In this document: positions 22,947-35,528 of the stretch, one piece after another
How the letters are laid out: the number at the start of each line of letters is the position of its first letter
Position numbering within the stretch: position 1 is the stretch's first letter
From: Marsupella aquatica
Taxonomy: Eukaryota > Plantae > Marchantiophyta
Assembly: GCA_973895155.1 (NCBI GenBank)
Contig: OZ316897.1
Location: 1,925,312-1,989,311 of the forward strand
Direction: 5' to 3'
Length of the DNA: 64,000 nt
The notes under the pieces: model-generated
Told to the model about the DNA's origin: nothing
The model's input: only the letters and a program-made list of their open reading frames with translations
Database searches by the model: none
Position numbers and translations under genes: made by a program

Positions 22947-25900
22947 ACAACGTGAAGGACTGACATTAGCAACTAATATTGTCCAGGAGGCATGGGTGAC
23001 GAAGCAAACCGAGCAAAGGGATTCATAATTTGTAGTTCTGGGCCTTTGACATGCTTCCGAAGGACTGCCGCACAGTTACACATGTCAGAAACAAGTGGGA
23101 ATTAAGTAACCCATGGAAGGCTCAGGTTTGATACAACAAAATTGAGACCATTACACAATTTTGGTTCGAAAGTGTTCATTGTTGCTCAGGATGCTGGGGG
23201 AGAGTTCCTGTGCTGTTACACGAGTGAGTTTTAGAGAGCTCTGGGTATGCAGCCCACGTGATGAGTACATTTCTAAAAAGTCCTATCACCCGTTGGAGAG
23301 TATTATCTGCAACATACCTATATCCATCAAAGCGTGGATTTGTCGCTGACAACTGGATATGATCTTAGGGAGAGCATAGGCCTTTTAAGAAGCATACCGG
23401 GTATTTGTTTAACGATTGGCACCTTTGGAGTTTGTCTCCGTATTTATGGCGAGTATGCACATTAGGTGCAACGTTAGTGGGACGATCTTAGCGCATCCAA
23501 TGTAGTCTTGGTTTGTTTAGTATAAAGCAGCACTACTTTGTTTTGGAAACACCTCATTTTGGTGACCTCACAGTGCAAAGAGCCAGCCTCTGGTTCGCAG
23601 ATGCGATGTATTCTCAGAGGTTGCTGGACATGTCATGACCTGCTGTTTCAACCTTGCCAGTGTTGACCAAGCCGCAGTACTTCGCACCATCCTCCGTAAT
23701 GTATTTCAAATAAATTTTAGATCTTCCACCCCCAGCAATTTTGCTACTCTTGGTGTCTGTTCCGTAAGTAGGGTATTGAATTGAAGTGAATGCTTCTCGG
23801 AGGTGCAATTTTGAAAATCTCTCTTACAGGAAAGCTTACTCCAACTGGCTGAGCTGCACAAGCAGAAGTGCAAGGTAAAAGTACTCATGGCTATGGAAGT
23901 ACATGGTCCTGATCATTAAACTTGTGTGCAAGAAGCATAGGATAACGTGGTGGGAAGAAACATCTCCTCCGTATTTGACAATATCCTCCTTAAATAGGCC
24001 CAGTTCATACGTTATAGAAACAACGCCCATTTCACTAAATTCGAGCGCCATGTGCCATATGGACTTCACTCGCGCAAAGAGTGTCGCTCAAACCCTCCAT
24101 TGGAGGAGCACCACTGTAAGTCCCAGGGTACCGACTTGCAGAAGGCATAAGATCAATACAGAAGACTATTTCAGAGTTAGCGCGCGTGTTTCCTCATCTC
24201 CTTGCGTACCAGTCCTTAATGGAGAGGATCAAGCGAGAATCAAGTCTTCACACAAAGAGGGGCATTTCCAATGCTGGAAACTGTTTAGTTCAAAGCTCAC
24301 CGCCATCAAAAAGGTCAATTTGAGCTGCGGTTTTGTATTTCAAGTCTCCATTTCATAAGCCCGTGGTGGGGTCCTACGTTCAGATAAGTTGGAGTTGAGT
24401 CATCAGACCATTCGTTTAATTCAAGTTATTGGACAGGAAATTAAGTGGAGTCCCACCGGAAAATTACTTCCTTGGGAAATAGGTAGAGAAGTAGGATAAG
24501 AATAATCGTTTCCCAACAAATGAGACTCAAAAGAATAAGGATGCAAACTTCTCCATAAGATTTAAAACTAACGTCAACTTGGAGGCTTCCTAATTTGGGA
24601 CCCTACCATTTCCGCAATGACCAGGTTTATCACGAACCTCAAATGCATGGACTCAACTGTTTAGGTTGAGACGTCAGCGATGATGTTGGCTGCGCCAGCA
24701 GCCAGGCCCGCAGCCAGGCCATCAATAGAATGGAGAATATTGAAGTGAGAGTCCAATCGCTCAGAAATGAGAACGGGACAAACTCTGCATACTCTTTAAC
24801 GAGAACCTTTAAACTGTAACCAATTCCCAAAACGGGAAACAATCATTTGAGTAAGAGGTACATTAGCTCTGATGAAAGATGCTCTCACAGCCTCCGATTT
24901 ATCGCCCAGACCTGGCACTTTGCAAACTCAAGTCATAACTCCTTTGCCACAAATTGTTGCCATGATTGCATCATACATGCCTTTCGTGTCCGGCAAGCTT
25001 TGGAACTAGTGTTGAATCCGAGGTTTTGTTACATGTAAACCAAAAGCAGCGAAACGTCAGGCAGCATTCACTAAGTCAATGTGGACGTATGTCCCGCCCT
25101 CCCTCGTCTCGAGACATGAACTGAATTTCTCAGACAGCATAGATGGTCTGTGGTACTAGCGTTTAACCTGTCCCAACTGCGTATCGATTGAGTCAATCCT
25201 AAATGATTGACAAGCATCTTCTGGGCCTTCAAAAACAAGGCAGGACCGAGGGCAGGACTAGCAGTCTCTCGTCTTCTCGCTTTCTATAGTGCTCGGAAAC
25301 ATACAGTACTTAGTTTTGGGTCAGTATTATCATGAGTTTCCTTGGATAAGTATTTATCATGACTTTGAACAACAAGTTCTGATTCCTGAGGGAAAACCAA
25401 GCCAGAGAGGCAAACAATGGTTAGGAAGCTAGGGGAAGAAACAGAATTTAACAAATAGCTTAGTGAAATTTTGAGTGACCATAGACACTTTACTTTCTTG
25501 TTTAGTGTGGTATGAAAGAAGAAGTTAGTCACAAAGAAGATTGTCTCCCTCTAATCATTAAGGTCATCGACATGATAGGTAATCATTAGTGTCCGCATTT
25601 GTCGGAGGGAGCAAGCAAAATGTTACACCGACAATTTCTGCTAGAGTTTGATAGGCCTAAAATCCTCACTTCCATATGAATTCGACCAGAAAAGCGCAGC
25701 GACTGTAGACGAGGTGCCCGGAAAGATCTGAAGTCGATGTGCAGGAAACTCCGAGAATGAACAGCGATGTACGTTGGAAAGTGAGGAGAGCAATGCTTAC
25801 AGCACACTGAACAAATTGTTCCACGGATTCAAATACCGGCACCTGGATCGATCCCAATTATAGCAGTCAAAGCGAAAAGCATATATCACAACTACATTTG

Positions 25901-26189
25901 TTGTTGTCATCGTCAAGGAGAAAGATGCGGCGAGTACAAAAAGACTGTGACCATGATCCAACAGCCGAATACTCGCCCACTGAGGGTCAACTAGAATGAT
26001 AATTTAATATGCTCGCTTGCAATAGAAGGTTGTGCCGTCGTCTTTGCATGGGAGAACTTTCACGTAGAGCTGTGTCTCGCAGCACCTCGGATACTCTAGC
26101 AACGTCGTTTCCAAAGCTCGTGTCTATGGCGGTTTTAATGATTGTGATTGTCTGGTCGATACGAAAAAAAAGTACCAATCTACTAAAAA

Positions 26190-27830
26190 GGGAGTACAAT
26201 AGAACAAAAGCAAGATGTCAAGGTGGCATAAAACAGAAAACACCTAGAGGCAAAATTAAGGAGCAATTTACTAAAAAGGACAAAAACAAAGTAGAATGGA
26301 TTAAAAGCAAAAGAGGTCCAGGTGGCATAAAACAAAAAACTCAAATCTGAAGGCAAATCGTCACTCCAAAAACCTAGGAACCTGTAGACAGACCAATTTT
26401 CTAAAAAGGGCTAAGCAAGGTACAATGGAAATGAATGCAAAAGACTTCCACAGAGCACCCTCCTGCAAATGCAAATTCCAAAAACCTAGAGGCAAAATTA
26501 AGGAGCAATTTACTAAAAAGGACAAAAATAAAGTAGAATGGATTGAAAGCAAAAGAGGTCCAGGTGAAATAAACACAAACTCAAATCAAAGGGCAAATGG
26601 TAACTCCAGAAACCTAGAAACTGGTGGACGAAACAATTTACTAAAAAGGGCTAAGCAAGGTACAATGGAATAAAAGCAAAAGACGTCCAGGCTGGGAGCA
26701 CTTACCTACAAATTTAAAACTCCAAAACCTAGAGCCAAAATGACCAATGCACTGTCTACTGAAAGGGCCAAAACAAATTAGAATGGATTGAAAGCATTAA
26801 AAGCGAACGATGTCCCAGGTGGCATAAACACAAAATTCAAAGAGGGCAAATGCTAACTCCAAAACTCTTAGAATATGCAGATGGACCAATTTACTAAAAA
26901 GGTCCAATCAAAGTACAATGGAATAAAAGCAAAAGAGGTCCACATAGCACTCACCTGAAAATCCAAGCTCCAAATTAAACCCTAGAGGTAAAACTAATAA
27001 TCAATATATTAAAAAGGGACAAAAACGAAGACACTACAATGAGTAAAAGCAAAAGCCAGAGGTCCAGATAGCATAAACACCAAACGCAGTGAGGGCAAAT
27101 GCTAACTCCAAAAACGTAGAAACAGGTAGATGGACCAATTTACTAAAAAGGTCTAATCAAAGTACAATGGAATAAAAGCAAAAGAGGTCCACATAGCACT
27201 CACCTGAAAATCCAAGCTCCAAATTAAACCCTAGAGGTAAAACTAATAATCAATATATTAAAAAGGGACAAAAACGAAGACACTACAATGAGTAATCGCA
27301 AAAGTCAGAGGTCCAGGTAGCATAAACACCAAACGCAGTGAGGGCAAATGCTAACTCCAAAACTCTAGAAACAGGTAGATGGACCAATTTACTAAAAAGG
27401 TCTAATCAAACTACAATGGAATGAAAGCAAAAGAGGTCCACATAGCACTCACCTGCAAATCCAAGCTCCAAATTAAACCCTAGAGGTAAAAGGACAAATG
27501 TATTAAAAAGGGCCAAAAACAAAGGCACTACAACGAGTAAAAGCAAAAGAGCTCCAGGTAGCATAAACACCTCACTCAGTGAGGGCAAATGCTAACTCCA
27601 AAAACGTAGAAACAGGTAGACAGACTAATCTAGTAAAAAGCCAGGTCTAATTAACAAAGTACAATGGTGCAAAAGCAAAAGAGGTTGAGAGAGCAAGGCG
27701 TACCTGGCAAATGTAAACTCCAAAAATCTAGAGATTAAATGACCAATGTATTCCAAAGGGTCAAAACAAAGTAAAAGCAAAAGAGGTCCAGGTGGCATAA
27801 ACACCAAACTCAAAGTGGGTAAATGATAAG
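26190..27830. repeat. A-rich minisatellite/satellite, about 240-250-bp period built from about 120-bp sub-units
   Basis: gagggcaaatgctaactccaaaa recurs near 26843, 27091, 27340 and 27581; aaagcaaaagaggtcca recurs about every 120 bp. Confidence 0.9.
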
Positions 27831-27844
27831 TAACTCCATTAAAA

Positions 27845-28460
27845 CCATTTATTTATTTGAACAAAACCTAAACTTTATTGATGCCAAAAGGAGAAACAAT
27901 AACCCTGTCTGTGGGGGGGTGACAGGAAAGCAAAAGAAAACAAGGGCCACTTAAAAGAAGGAGCATGCCCATAAAGAAGAAAAAGGAGGGGAACCTCAAT
28001 ACCAAACCGCCTATGGGGAGGAGACAGATGAGTGAGGAAAGAAAAGCACCCCGGAAGGCGAGTAGATGCCAAGGACAGAGCGAGAAACTACCCTAAAGAA
28101 AGAACATGAGACTACAATCGGGAGCAAGAAACGAACCATGGGACTGAACCAGCAACCATCGATCTCCCTCTCCGTGGCAAACCTCCATCATGCTGAACGC
28201 CTCCATATACCTCAAAACTCGTCTCCCTAAAATTGTCATTAATAACCTCTGCTAGAAATCCAGTATCCTCTGTCTCCAATACATGTCTTGAATACCCCTC
28301 TTGCTGAGCCTGATGAGCGACAGAAGCAAGCCATATGCACGACAGGACCTGCCCGAAAAGAACTGTGTGTGCAGAAAAATCAGTGCAAGTACAACCTGTC
28401 CATCCAGACCAAAATTGTAATCTGAGCAAGTCCTCCATGAGCACAAAAGCTGAAGTTAAA
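27845..28460 (-). mobile_element. Probable LINE 3'-end remnant
   Basis: Minus strand ends caataaagtttaggttttgttcaaataaataaa (poly(A) signal plus A-rich tail), preceded by a T/pyrimidine-rich 3' UTR and a decayed reading frame; no catalytic domain seen. Confidence 0.45.
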
Positions 28461-28463
28461 ACC

Positions 28464-30014
28464 ATTTTTTACTACCTTGTCCCCCAAACTGACCAAAATC
28501 AGGAACCTGCCCCCCAAACTAATTGAAATGTTAGGTTGACCCCCATTTCATATATGGGGTTACCTTAACCACAGTAGTTAACCCAAGCTTGGTCCTCATT
28601 GGTTGAATGCCATGTGGTGAGGTACTATTGGCCCTGCTTACCCAGGCCAAGAAGGTCCTAACCCGCACAGGCTCCTTCCCATTCCTCCTGGGTCGACAAA
28701 CTTTATTCAGGCTCGAAATCCTCTGGGCCAGACATTTATGTTTTGTGTAGGAAAATACTCCAGGTTGTTTACACATTTTGCATATAAACAAACTGGAAGA
28801 ACTTTTGGGATGAGCAATTTGCACAGTGGGGTGTGGTTGTGGGGACAGGGATGTGACTCAGTGGAGGGAAGCAGCGAAGGTGGGAGGGCAGGGAAGTACG
28901 TCAAAAGTACTTGACAGTTGCCACATTAATTTGGGACATGACCATTTTACTATGGCTAGAGATGCTCAGTCGGATCGATTTCCCTGTCAATCCAAAAATT
29001 GTGATCTTAAAATTATGGGCAAGTAACTACAGACAAAGAAGATTAGCAATGCATCAATGTAGTGAGAGACAAGGAAACCAATATCAGGCTGCAAAAGAAG
29101 CAACTTACAGCAATCGAAGCCTCTAGGATCCACCAAAATTTCCTCCACCAAAATGCACTCTGGTGATCTTCTGTGCTTTCTCAGATTTGATAAAGGAAGA
29201 TTAGCTGTTGACCTTCCATCAATATTACCCGGCTCTATCCCTGGATGTCTGGCAATTGGCAATGGGCCCCTTCTAGATGGAGCTTTACAAATCCTGACAG
29301 TCCTTGATGACCAAATTTATTGGGCCCCTTCTGGATGGAGCTTTACAAATCCTGACAGTCCTTGATGACCAAATTTCTTGGGAACCTTCTGGATGGAGCT
29401 TTACAAATCCTGACAGTGCTCAATGACAACTTTTCTTGGGAATTCGGTACTCTTAAAGCAATCGCTTATTTGCAGGTCTGATCCTGTGTATTGTCTGCTA
29501 CTGATTGCAGGAATTTTTTATCTGACATGCACAAGCTAGCAACTTAGAGCACTTTTCTGTTTGCTGTCTAGAACTTGCTGCCCTGACTCCCACATCCCCT
29601 TCTGCCTCCCTTAGTCAGACACCTTCCCAATCTGCCATAGTGCCCCCAATATACAGCTTGCAGGTCCAAATGTGGTTGCTGCAGCTTTGTTTACACATAC
29701 AAAATGTGTAAAACAAATGAGCCTTTTTCCTCCAGAAAAGTGCCAGGGACTTACGAAAGTTGTGGGTTCAGGAGCCTGCTGGCTTTTGCAAAAGGGAAGG
29801 GAGCCGGCCCAGGTTAGGATATTATGGGCCAGGGTCAGAGGCAGGGCCAATCTCGCCTCACCATGCAACATACGACCAATGTGGAGTGACAGTGGGTTAA
29901 GTATGGGAGTTAAAGTAACCCTTAATATAGGAAATGGGGTCGACTTAGGAATTAAAATAGTTTGGGGGACAAGTTGACAATTTTGGTCAGTTTGGGGGAC
30001 AAGTTAATAAAAAT
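28464..30014. mobile_element. Long-TIR foldback / Mutator-like non-autonomous element
   Basis: Diverged inverted repeats of up to about 400 bp: cttgtcccccaaactgaccaaaat..cccccaaacta..gaccccattt..ttggccctgc..ggctccttccc..ttgtttacacattttg on the left, mirrored at about 29580-30014. Internal three-copy 57-bp repeat at about 29265-29440. Confidence 0.78.
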
Positions 30015-31586
30015 CTGTATTGGAAAAGCTACGATGATGAGGAGTTGTGGCCCTTATCAGCACCTGCTAGTAACATATAGATTTAACTCAGGGAATCCCC
30101 CGGCCAGGCTGGCCAGGGGTTTATAGACCGTAACCTTCAATGAAAATACAAAGAAAGGTCTACAAGGAGTGTTTACGTTCCACATACCTTCCACATTGGG
30201 AACATATGAAAGGAAGGTCTACAAGGAGTGTTTACATTCCACAAGACCTTCCACATTGGGAGCATATGACAAGCAATAATACCTTGCCTGGCCTCACTAT
30301 CAACCAAACAATTTTGTTATGCAACTTCTTTTGCTAGGAGTTGCTTCCCTCATCTACATAATTATCAACCAAACAATCTGGTCATGCAACATCTTTTGCT
30401 AGAAGTTGTTTACTTCATTTACAGTCTCTTCACATCTGCTGGGTTTGGCGAAACGGACTCTTGTGACAATGCCACCATTCAATTGAGTATGCACTGAATC
30501 CGACTAATAAGTATCCTCCAGCTTTACAGAATTGACCAGCTCCAACAAGAAATCCCACAAGAAGTAATGCTGGACATCCATCCCAGTGAATCCAACTAAG
30601 TATCCTCCAGCTTTGCAGGATTGCCATGACTAGCCGAGCAAAGAAATCCCACAAGAAGCAAAGCTGGAAATCCATCCAAGGGCATGAGTGAGAAATGGTC
30701 GAGAACAAGACTCTGAGTCGAACGTCAGGCATTTCACTGAATGGATTGTAGTTCCATTTTTTTATCTGTGCGATTTTTAAGTTGTGCTGGGAGTCTCAGT
30801 TTTTCTTACACGGAATAAGCTTTCAGTTCAATGCACTTGGAGAAGCTCAGCAAATTGGGAATGGCAGCTAGGTAGTCATTGATGGTGTTCCTGAGTAATG
30901 GCATGACAACTTTCAGGTTCAAGGTCGTCAAGTCATGAAGTTACCAAATAAACTGGTTTGATAACATAATTGAATTCGGTTGCAAACGGAAAGGAGACCT
31001 TTTGTAGGCTACATTTCAGTCAAAATTGTAAACAATGTTATTTGAGTCAATTGAAATGTTTTGAGCAAGTCCATCTGGGCTTTAGTTTCGGTCCACAATC
31101 TTCTCACTTTCAAGCTCTTTTTGGTGGCAGATGGACTTCCACATTCAAAGCTCTTTCCACTTGGGCAAAAGTAGAAACAAAGAGCTTGAAAGTGACAAGA
31201 GTGTGGAAACTAAAGCCCAGATGGACATCCACTTTCAATCTCTTTTTTTCACTCTAAAAAACCAATTGAAATTCATTCAAAAAATCAGCATACAACATGG
31301 GTGGCCCACAAAAGGGGGTCAGCACCCCGGGGGGGACCAAAGGTAGTTGAGCCCAAGAAGGCAGAGAAGCCGGCACCAGGAGTGAAACAGGACTAACAAG
31401 GAAGGGAGCAGGGTCATTAGAATAGTGTCACAATCTTCCCAGGCACTTTCAAGCTCTTTGTTTCTATAATTTTCGCCCCATTGCTACATTTAGAGTACAA
31501 CCCCCAAACTGTGTAATAGTCATTGGTGCCATCCAATTTTTTTCGATCAAGAGATTGAAAGATTTAGTAATTTCGAGTTTCAATTT

Positions 31587-31623
31587 CACAACACACACAC
31601 ACACACACACAACACACACACAC
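31587..31623. repeat. (CA)n microsatellite
   Basis: Directly visible. Confidence 0.95.
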
Positions 31624-31922
31624 TTAACTTGAGGTATTAATTGATGTTGCTACAAATTGCAACAATTATGCCAACTCCCTAAACCCTGAGCATTAAATTC
31701 CCTCACTTCAAACTTTAATCTCCATCAACCCAACACGCCACTCCCCTCCCACTAGTTTAGCACCACTTGAGTTGGTTTCAGCGATCTAATGCGCCATTGT
31801 TCACTTGCTCAGTGCAAGCTACTTCTCGAACATCCGTCTCGTGAACTGTTTGCACACGCATTGAGTGAGAGGTCGTCGAGTGTAGCAAAGCAACTGAACA
31901 CATTTTTGATTCGACTGATACG

Positions 31923-32636
31923 ATGAATTTAGCTCAGTTGTTCACTGAACGAGATAGGTTAGATGGATCGAAGAACTGCATTCCCTGGTTCATTAAAGTC
32001 AAGAATCTCCTGAAACTAGATGAAGTCTGGGATGAGTTGGGTTTTAATCATCAACAGGAATCAGCTGGAGCTGATGGCGCTGATGGCACAGGAGCCGCCA
32101 ATGGAGCAGCTGGCGACGAAGACACTAATGTACCGAGAAATGCCCAGCGCAATGTTCAACTTGTCGATGCTGCAGGAGTTCCTCTTACTCCAAGAGAAAT
32201 TGCACGCAAGAAGGTGAAAGCGAAGTCCATCCTCGTACTGACGGTGAAGGATAGGTTTTTGGCCACCGTAGATAAGTTCGATGATCCAGTCGAGTGCTGG
32301 CATTATTTGAAGCAACGCTTTGGTGCTGAACTGCGTCAGAGACAACTTCTTCTTCAGGAGAAGCTGCAATTCGCGAGGATGACGGATGGAGTTTCAGTTG
32401 AAGAGTACATCACCCAAATTGATAACCTCGCTGGTCAACTTGCGTCTATCAATGCAGAAGTAGATGAAGTACAGCTGATGCAGATTGTTCTGACAGGGCT
32501 CCCTCGCAGCTGGAGTCCCTTCGTTTCTATCTTCGCTTTTGAGCTGTCCAGAACACCTCGACCTTCATACACAACTCTTGTGCAACGCTTGCAGACTGAA
32601 GACTATCGGCGAAAGAGTTTCGGGCGTAGGGTTTAG
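31923..32636 (+). CDS. Stand-alone Ty1/Copia gag (UBN2-type capsid) ORF, 237 aa
   Basis: RLDGSKN..PW..KVKNLL..EVWD, W..LKQRF, RM.DG.SVEEYI..I..L..QLASI, IVLTGLPRSWSPFV, LVQRLQTED are typical Copia gag motifs; no knuckle, pol or LTR follows. Confidence 0.8.
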   Translation: MNLAQLFTERDRLDGSKNCIPWFIKVKNLLKLDEVWDELGFNHQQESAGADGADGTGAANGAAGDEDTNVPRNAQRNVQLVDAAGVPLTPREIARKKVKAKSILVLTVKDRFLATVDKFDDPVECWHYLKQRFGAELRQRQLLLQEKLQFARMTDGVSVEEYITQIDNLAGQLASINAEVDEVQLMQIVLTGLPRSWSPFVSIFAFELSRTPRPSYTTLVQRLQTEDYRRKSFGRRV

Positions 32637-34657
32637 TGAACTTGACAGACAAGTTGGGATTTTAGTTCAGAGTGATAGGTTTAGGGTTTAAATTTTTGGA
32701 CTGCGTTTACCTTTTTATGCCATAACTGCATTGTCTGCTAACTAAAGCCAGTTTGCATCGACATTTGCCGGTGTGCCGTCTGTTTGAATCCAGTCATTTT
32801 TCGAAGAAAACATGTTGACCGGAATTCGGGATCCCCAAATGACTTCTGGGCTGCCGTTTTTGGTGTTTTGTGGTCGCCATAACTTAGTTGCCTATTTAAA
32901 ACCAAATTGCTTCGACATTCGCAAGTGTGTCCGATGTTTGAATCTAGACTACAGTAAAGATCGACGTGCCAGGAGCTTCATGTGTACAGCATCGAGGGTC
33001 TTTTCACTCTTTTGTGAATCAGTGGTGAATGTACCTCTATGTGCGGGCTAGCCTTAATTATCCAGGCCTGCAACTAGCCCATGGACATTTTTGATTTCAG
33101 GTAGTTGCTGAGACTGCCATCGCTGCTGTGTAGTTTCCAAACATGGCAAAATACACTTTCGTGCACTTCTCAAAAAGGCTTTCACGTACATGCAACTTGA
33201 CTCGTTGCGCATTTATAGGGTATACTTCACAATGAGTAGTAGTGCAGGTCGGACATGACTGTGGTCCCAGGGCGTTGCACTTAGACAGGGTCACTCATTT
33301 CACATTCCTTTTGAAGCAATTACTAAGCATTTCTTTAACATCATACTATTGGTTTAAGAATAACTTGTTTTCTTTTTCCTGTAGGAAGGGGGGGGGGGAG
33401 GGGAGATTTGGGATTTTTAACGAGGGAAAGGGGTTAAAGCAATTATGTAGTGTTGATTTTCCACATGAACCTATGGGATGTGGGGCTTGTACTCAGACAT
33501 GGTGACACATTTCACTCCAGGTGTAGACTGTCACCTTAATTAAGCAGATATTACGTACTTTATATACAGCAAATATCATTTAGGGTTGATACTGGGTGAC
33601 CTTGGGATTGAGGAGCAAACGGGTTTAAGCATCTACAAATTATTGATGATGTGTTTTTTCCCTCATGAAACTATGGGATTGGAGGCCCTTTCCAGAACGC
33701 CAAAGATTTTACTCCCATGGGCAAAGCTACTGACCCATGCAATCCCCTTGGACTATGACGCCATTCTATGTTCACTCATTGACACTCTTTCTCATTCCCA
33801 AGAAGTTTTCACCAGCAAAGATTGAACTGCAATATCTCTCTTGATTGATACCCAACAGAACTGGCTTGTGTTGTGTTCGTTATAAGTACCTTGGAGAGAT
33901 CTATCCACCCACTCCAATATTTCTAGATTTCATGAATAATTGACAGGAGTTGTGAATTTCTCAATGCCCTACATGATGTTCCTCTTTGTATTTATTTTGT
34001 GCTTTATGGCGAAGAATGCACCAGCCAGATTTGGGTACGGCCTTTATGAAAATTCTCCTGTACTTTTAATAAAAATAGTAAGATGAAAAAGTCTCTTAGG
34101 CCATTAAAGGTGTTCAGTATTGGTGCCCACTTAAAAGGGCATCATGGACAATCATAACCCCTCTAAACTCAAGCTAAAACCCTCATTTTTCAGTGCGTTA
34201 TGCCTCACACTGCCATGTTGTAAAATATACTCTAGTTTCATTGTACACACTTTGCACTTATATACTAGATACCCAGTGTTGATGCTTGGTGCTTTCAAAA
34301 GGTTTGGAGCAGCTAACTTTAAAATCCATTACCTTCCAAAATATAGAATGGAATCTTATTTGTTAGAAACTCCTTCTAAAGATCTTCTCAACGGGCCTGA
34401 TGTAGTCAAATTTTATCAACAATTAAGCCTACAAGTTTTCAAACGTGACTATCTCATTTTCTTGCCATATTTCACTTATCAGTCTAATATGTACAATATG
34501 AGCAAAAATAAGAATTTCGCTGCCATCCATTGACGTTATCCAGGTTATAGCATACATCTGCGTATTTTGGCAAACGGGGAGCTCCATTTGGGCTTCTACT
34601 AGCAAATAGCAAGTAGTGATTTCATATTTTTGAGACTGGAACATTGGAATCCTCCCT

Positions 34658-34914
34658 TGGATAAAAATGGAGATGGAGTAGGCTGGTTTGGTCACGATGT
34701 TTTTCGAGATAAAGAAAGCCATGAACTTGTTGTACCTCGTATGCCAACCTTCTTCCAAATGCCAACCTTCTTCGAAACTTTTCCAGTTGTTTTAGTAGAT
34801 GAAGAAGGTATTGTTCGGGCCGATGTTCCTTTTAGAAGAGCAGAATCTAAATATAGTGTTGAACAAGTAGGGTGTAACAGTCGAATTCGATGGTGGGGAG
34901 CTTGATGGAGTTAG
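34658..34914 (+). pseudogene. psbB: Nuclear plastid DNA (NUPT): fragment of psbB (CP47)
   Basis: [55 protein letters not shown], then after a +1 shift VTVEF.GGELDGV; internal duplication of MPTFF. Confidence 0.93.
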
Positions 34915-35377
34915 GCCCGCTCATGCCCAAACTACTGTAGCCCTTCGCACGATAATAATGTGGCATGGTTTCCGAGAACGGCCAAATCTCAATGACCACA
35001 ATCGTAGTCCCTTGAAGAAATTGTGCCTTGCGCAAACCTTGCTTCCTCATAACATTTGCACTTTGTATCAGTTTCCTCGCACTGCCACTAGTTTGGAGAA
35101 CTTGGCGATTGTCACCTCGCGGCTGCAGGTTGGGTCTTGTGACCTCAGTCTTGTCAGCTGGGTCTCGATCACTATAGTGTGTGCTCGCAGTTGAAGGCTA
35201 CTCACACTGTATCCTTTTCATTGCTATTGGGAGCTCGCAGTTCCAAGGAAGGCTGAGTGAATGACATATGGTTGAGTGGAGGACTGAGCTGCAGGATTAG
35301 GGATTTGTGATTGCGAAGTGGAAGGGATTTTACGAACTGTCAGCTGGAAGGGAGCTATTGTTGTTCTTTGGCAGGGT

Positions 35378-35391
35378 GGGTTTAGGGTTTA
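35378..35391. promoter_or_regulatory. Telo-box-like motif upstream of the CDKAL1 start
   Basis: gggtttagggttta (reverse complement contains AAACCCTA) about 140 bp before the ATG. Confidence 0.35.
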
Positions 35392-35528
35392 TGACCCGCC
35401 ACCAATTGGGATTTTTTTGCCCTTTCCGCCAATTTTCTGCCCACGGAATGGGCTGAAGAAATGAGAGCCACGGCATAATCAATTTGACGGGATTGGAGAG
35501 GAGTTTGGGAAGCGAACAGCACAGAGAA

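Noticed and set aside
26009-27813. Lys-rich ORFs
   Set aside because: They arise from the A-rich satellite.
34630-34905. Functional nuclear psbB gene
   Set aside because: Only about 85 codons of an about 500-aa protein, with a duplication and frameshift and no transit peptide.
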